Shown piece after piece: positions 14,026 to 16,604 of a DNA stretch of 16,604 nt; positions within the stretch are counted from its first letter, which is position 1, and every line of letters begins with the position of its first letter. Made by a program: the position numbers and the translations under genes. Origin of the DNA: Synergistaceae bacterium (GTDB lineage: Bacteria > Synergistota > Synergistia > Synergistales > Synergistaceae); contig JAISDQ010000182.1 of NCBI GenBank assembly GCA_031264605.1, positions 1 to 16,604 of the forward strand. Direction: 5' to 3'. The notes under the pieces are model-generated. The model saw only the letters and a program-made list of their open reading frames with translations, searched no databases and had not been told where the DNA came from.

Positions 14026-16604
14026 CGCGTGTTTTCCTTAAATTCTCTATACCAGTCGGGGCAGAGCCGTTCCAATTCATTTTCGCGGCCCGGGTCGTAT
14101 ACTATGGCCTTCCATTCCTCGTCCGTCATACGCTCGGACACGGAGCGCTCGAACTCGTAATACGAAAAAACGTAGCCTTTTGTGACGCGGGCCCCGCCGG
14201 ATTTGTCGTTCGCGAATACGTAAATCGCCCGCGGTGTCCCGGAAGCCGCTTCCAGAACCGTCATATCCCAACCGTTCGTCGCCGTATCCGCCACGCACGC
14301 CATCTTCCTCAGCTCTCCGTCGTCCGTCAGCATGCCGTATCCGGGAAGAAGAAGGAATCTGTCGAAAGCGCGCGCTGTCTCCTTGATCGAAGCGTATTCG
14401 CCTGGGGATAGCGTCTCTTTGGTAACTTCCTTCCTCGCGATATCCCTCATAGATTCGAGCATCGCCGAAAATTTTCCGAGTCTGTCGGAATATTTCGTCT
14501 CGCCGTCGCCATCGTTGTCCTCCACGCCGAAGCCTTCTATGAAAGCCCTCAAATTGTCCGTCGCGCCGAGCATCGCTGAGAAGAACTGCGGATCGGGCTC
14601 CACGTAGCCTCTCGGTCGCGGAGGCTCGAATCCGCCGGCATACCAGTTGTCGCCGCCCTCGCCCATCTCCGCCATGCTCTGCTCGGCGTACAAAATGGTG
14701 TCGTGTTTTAGTTCGGCCCATGAAGCCAGATTCGTCGCCAGTTTCTTCCATCGCCACCCCTCGGTTCCGTAAAAAAACTGCTCCGATCCCGAGTCTTTGA
14801 AACCGGCCAGAAACGTTTCGAGCCAGCTAGCGTAGACGGTGTTCTCCCCGGCGAGATATCCGGCGGCTTCGTCTTTCAGTTCCGCAAGGCTGGCTTCGTA
14901 GTTTTCAATGTCGTAATCGTTTTTCGAGAGAGCGTCCGCGGCGGACGACCCGAATACCGCCATGACGTCCGTTCCCTTCGGCATGTTCCGCGGGTTTTCA
15001 TCGGTTCCGACGCTGGGCGACGTAAGCCGGTTCATTATGTAAGCGTCATAGGTGAAGCGTTTGGGCGAGATTCTGAAAACCGCGCTTCTGGATTCGAAAT
15101 CAGCCCCTGCCGCGTCAATCCCCGCGACGCTCCGAATCTTCGGCCCCGAAACGTTTTCCGCGATATCCTCCGCGAGACGGGCAATCACGGCTTCGTCGCC
15201 GAGGAGCGCCCAGGCATCCTGTCCGCCGTCTCCCAAGCGTTTCCGCACGATCCCGCGATAAATTTTCGGGTCTCCGGCGTTGGGAACGCCTATCAGCAAA
15301 GTCATCGCGTCCTCGAACGTCTCCCAGTTTCCCCTCTGCGCGTCCATCGCGAGAGCGATTGCCGCGGCGGCCGCGACGTTGTGCGCGATCGGTTTTCCGT
15401 CCATGCCGAACATCGGCAGTTCGGCGAGCCCGACGTAACTCATCGCGCGAAAGTAGCGTTCGTACTCGGGGGAGATCGTGTAGTGTCCGCGCGGTTTGAA
15501 CAGCGTGTAGTCGATTTTCTGTCCGGTTATACCCGAAACTTCCATTTCGGAGGCCGCCATGATTTTTTCGGTTTCCGCGGCCGCTCGCGGCGATAGTTTT
15601 TCGCCCGCCGGATTTTCCGACAACAGCGCTTGTGCGACCGACAACATATCATGGGCTGTGTCGAAAGACCGCCGCGCGGCGTCCCCGCCGTCCGAGCGCT
15701 TTCGCGCCGCATCCACCAGGCCGATCGCCCCGTTCAAATTCTCCGCGAGCTGGGGCGCGAGGTATGTGCGCTCGAATTTTTGCAGCATCTGGTCGAATAT
15801 GAGATGGAACGAATGGAGAAAAATATCCGCCGTGATGAAATCCGCCTCGTACTCTCCCGTAAGCGAGTAAAGATCGGCCATATCGTCGACACGGACGCCG
15901 TATTCATCAGGCAAAAGAGCCTTGTCGTCTATGAGAAACCCACGTTTTTCGAGCGAATCGGCGAATCGTTCCGGCAGATTTTCGATATTTTCCGCGCCGC
16001 CCGGCTCGGCGCGCAATCTTCGCGACGAGGGTATGAGGGCGCGGTCGGCTTTCGAGTTGTCCGGTTCGTACGAGTCCAGCACGATGAAATCTTCCCCGCG
16101 TCCCCACGCGAAACGGCGGCCTACGCCGGATTCTCCGTCAACCGTGCCGAAGGACATGAGCACATATCCGTCGCGTTTCCCGTACGAGGGAACGATTTCT
16201 CCTTTAAGCAGCGAAAAATCACGCCCCGGCAGATCGCTTTTGCCGCCGCCGGGCATCAGTGAAAGTTCCGGCCCGTCGCGGAGGGCCATATAGAGCGCGC
16301 CGCGGGTTGGTTCGCAATCCGGAAACGGCTCTACGCCGTCCTCGGGAATATAGCCCAGCACGCTGCCGTCATCCGGAGATATGAGCGCGAACCAGCCGCA
16401 TTCGGGACGCAACGTCAGTTTGTTGCCGTAGACGACGACGCCTTCTATATCGTCGCCGTATTCGATCCCGCCGTCGCCGGTTTTGGCGTATTCGCCGCCC
16501 GGCGAGTTCATGATCGGCAGTATTTCCGCGACGACGGTATATTCTCCCTCGCCCGCCGCCTCGCGGGAAGCCGCGCGCGCCTCTCCGTCAAACGCCAGAA
16601 GCAG
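14022..16604 (-). CDS. Large conserved hypothetical protein (>860 aa; possibly DUF3160-like), N-terminus beyond window
   Basis: Continuous minus-strand frame with no stop from 16604 down to 14022, so the ATG at 16511 in the track is probably internal. Codon usage matches a genuine CDS. Acidic and Gly-rich, with no catalytic motif recognisable by eye. Translationally coupled to the MEMO-like gene. Confidence 0.5.
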   Translation of the reverse strand: MLLAFDGEARAASREAAGEGEYTVVAEILPIMNSPGGEYAKTGDGGIEYGDDIEGVVVYGNKLTLRPECGWFALISPDDGSVLGYIPEDGVEPFPDCEPTRGALYMALRDGPELSLMPGGGKSDLPGRDFSLLKGEIVPSYGKRDGYVLMSFGTVDGESGVGRRFAWGRGEDFIVLDSYEPDNSKADRALIPSSRRLRAEPGGAENIENLPERFADSLEKRGFLIDDKALLPDEYGVRVDDMADLYSLTGEYEADFITADIFLHSFHLIFDQMLQKFERTYLAPQLAENLNGAIGLVDAARKRSDGGDAARRSFDTAHDMLSVAQALLSENPAGEKLSPRAAAETEKIMAASEMEVSGITGQKIDYTLFKPRGHYTISPEYERYFRAMSYVGLAELPMFGMDGKPIAHNVAAAAAIALAMDAQRGNWETFEDAMTLLIGVPNAGDPKIYRGIVRKRLGDGGQDAWALLGDEAVIARLAEDIAENVSGPKIRSVAGIDAAGADFESRSAVFRISPKRFTYDAYIMNRLTSPSVGTDENPRNMPKGTDVMAVFGSSAADALSKNDYDIENYEASLAELKDEAAGYLAGENTVYASWLETFLAGFKDSGSEQFFYGTEGWRWKKLATNLASWAELKHDTILYAEQSMAEMGEGGDNWYAGGFEPPRPRGYVEPDPQFFSAMLGATDNLRAFIEGFGVEDNDGDGETKYSDRLGKFSAMLESMRDIARKEVTKETLSPGEYASIKETARAFDRFLLLPGYGMLTDDGELRKMACVADTATNGWDMTVLEAASGTPRAIYVFANDKSGGARVTKGYVFSYYEFERSVSERMTDEEWKAIVYDPGRENELERLCPDWYREFKENTR

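Noticed and set aside
14077-14757. 226-aa minus-strand ORF in an alternative frame of the large unknown gene; also the plus-strand ORF at 15630-16262
   Set aside because: Extremely Arg/Gly-rich translations in an alternative frame or antisense to the continuous 2.5-kb coding frame. These are not genes.
1-16604. Search for CRISPR arrays, tRNA or rRNA genes, transposase or integrase genes
   Set aside because: No regularly spaced short repeats, no cloverleaf-compatible conserved tRNA boxes, and no transposase-like or integrase-like ORFs were found. The only repeats are the small ones listed above.

Overview
The first ~11.8 kb of this high-GC (~60%) window is one long plus-strand operon encoding a bacterial microcompartment (BMC, a protein-shelled metabolic organelle). 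Its core enzymes are two deoxyribose-phosphate-aldolase (DeoC)-family proteins rather than a diol dehydratase, ethanolamine ammonia-lyase or glycyl-radical enzyme. Gene order is: a SorC/DeoR-family sugar-phosphate regulator (5' end cut by the window edge), two Zn-dependent polyol/alcohol dehydrogenases of the medium-chain dehydrogenase/reductase (MDR) family, a PduL-type phosphotransacylase, a 235-aa protein of unknown function, a BMC-P vertex protein, a CoA-acylating aldehyde dehydrogenase, a PduS-like Fe-S flavoprotein, a PduT-like tandem-domain shell protein (BMC-T) with the cluster-binding Cys38, BMC-H, BMC-P, BMC-H, BMC-P, a divergent DeoC paralog, a canonical DeoC carrying a C-terminal CxxCxxCxxxCP ferredoxin-type motif, and triosephosphate isomerase. 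Five of the enzymes carry N-terminal amphipathic-helix-plus-linker extensions that look like encapsulation peptides (EPs). This matches the 'sugar-phosphate utilising' (SPU) class of BMC loci known from bioinformatic surveys, but with unusual additions: the Fe-S tail on the aldolase, a PduS/PduT redox module, three BMC-P paralogs and an unknown EP-bearing protein. After a terminator and a long inverted repeat, an unrelated minus-strand cluster follows: a Gfo/Idh/MocA oxidoreductase, a signal-peptide-bearing MEMO1/AmmeMemoRadiSam-B-like protein, and a large unknown protein (>860 aa) that runs off the window end and is translationally coupled to the MEMO-like gene. No tRNA, rRNA, CRISPR array or mobile element was seen. 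Most long minus-strand ORFs in the track are antisense artefacts of the high GC content.
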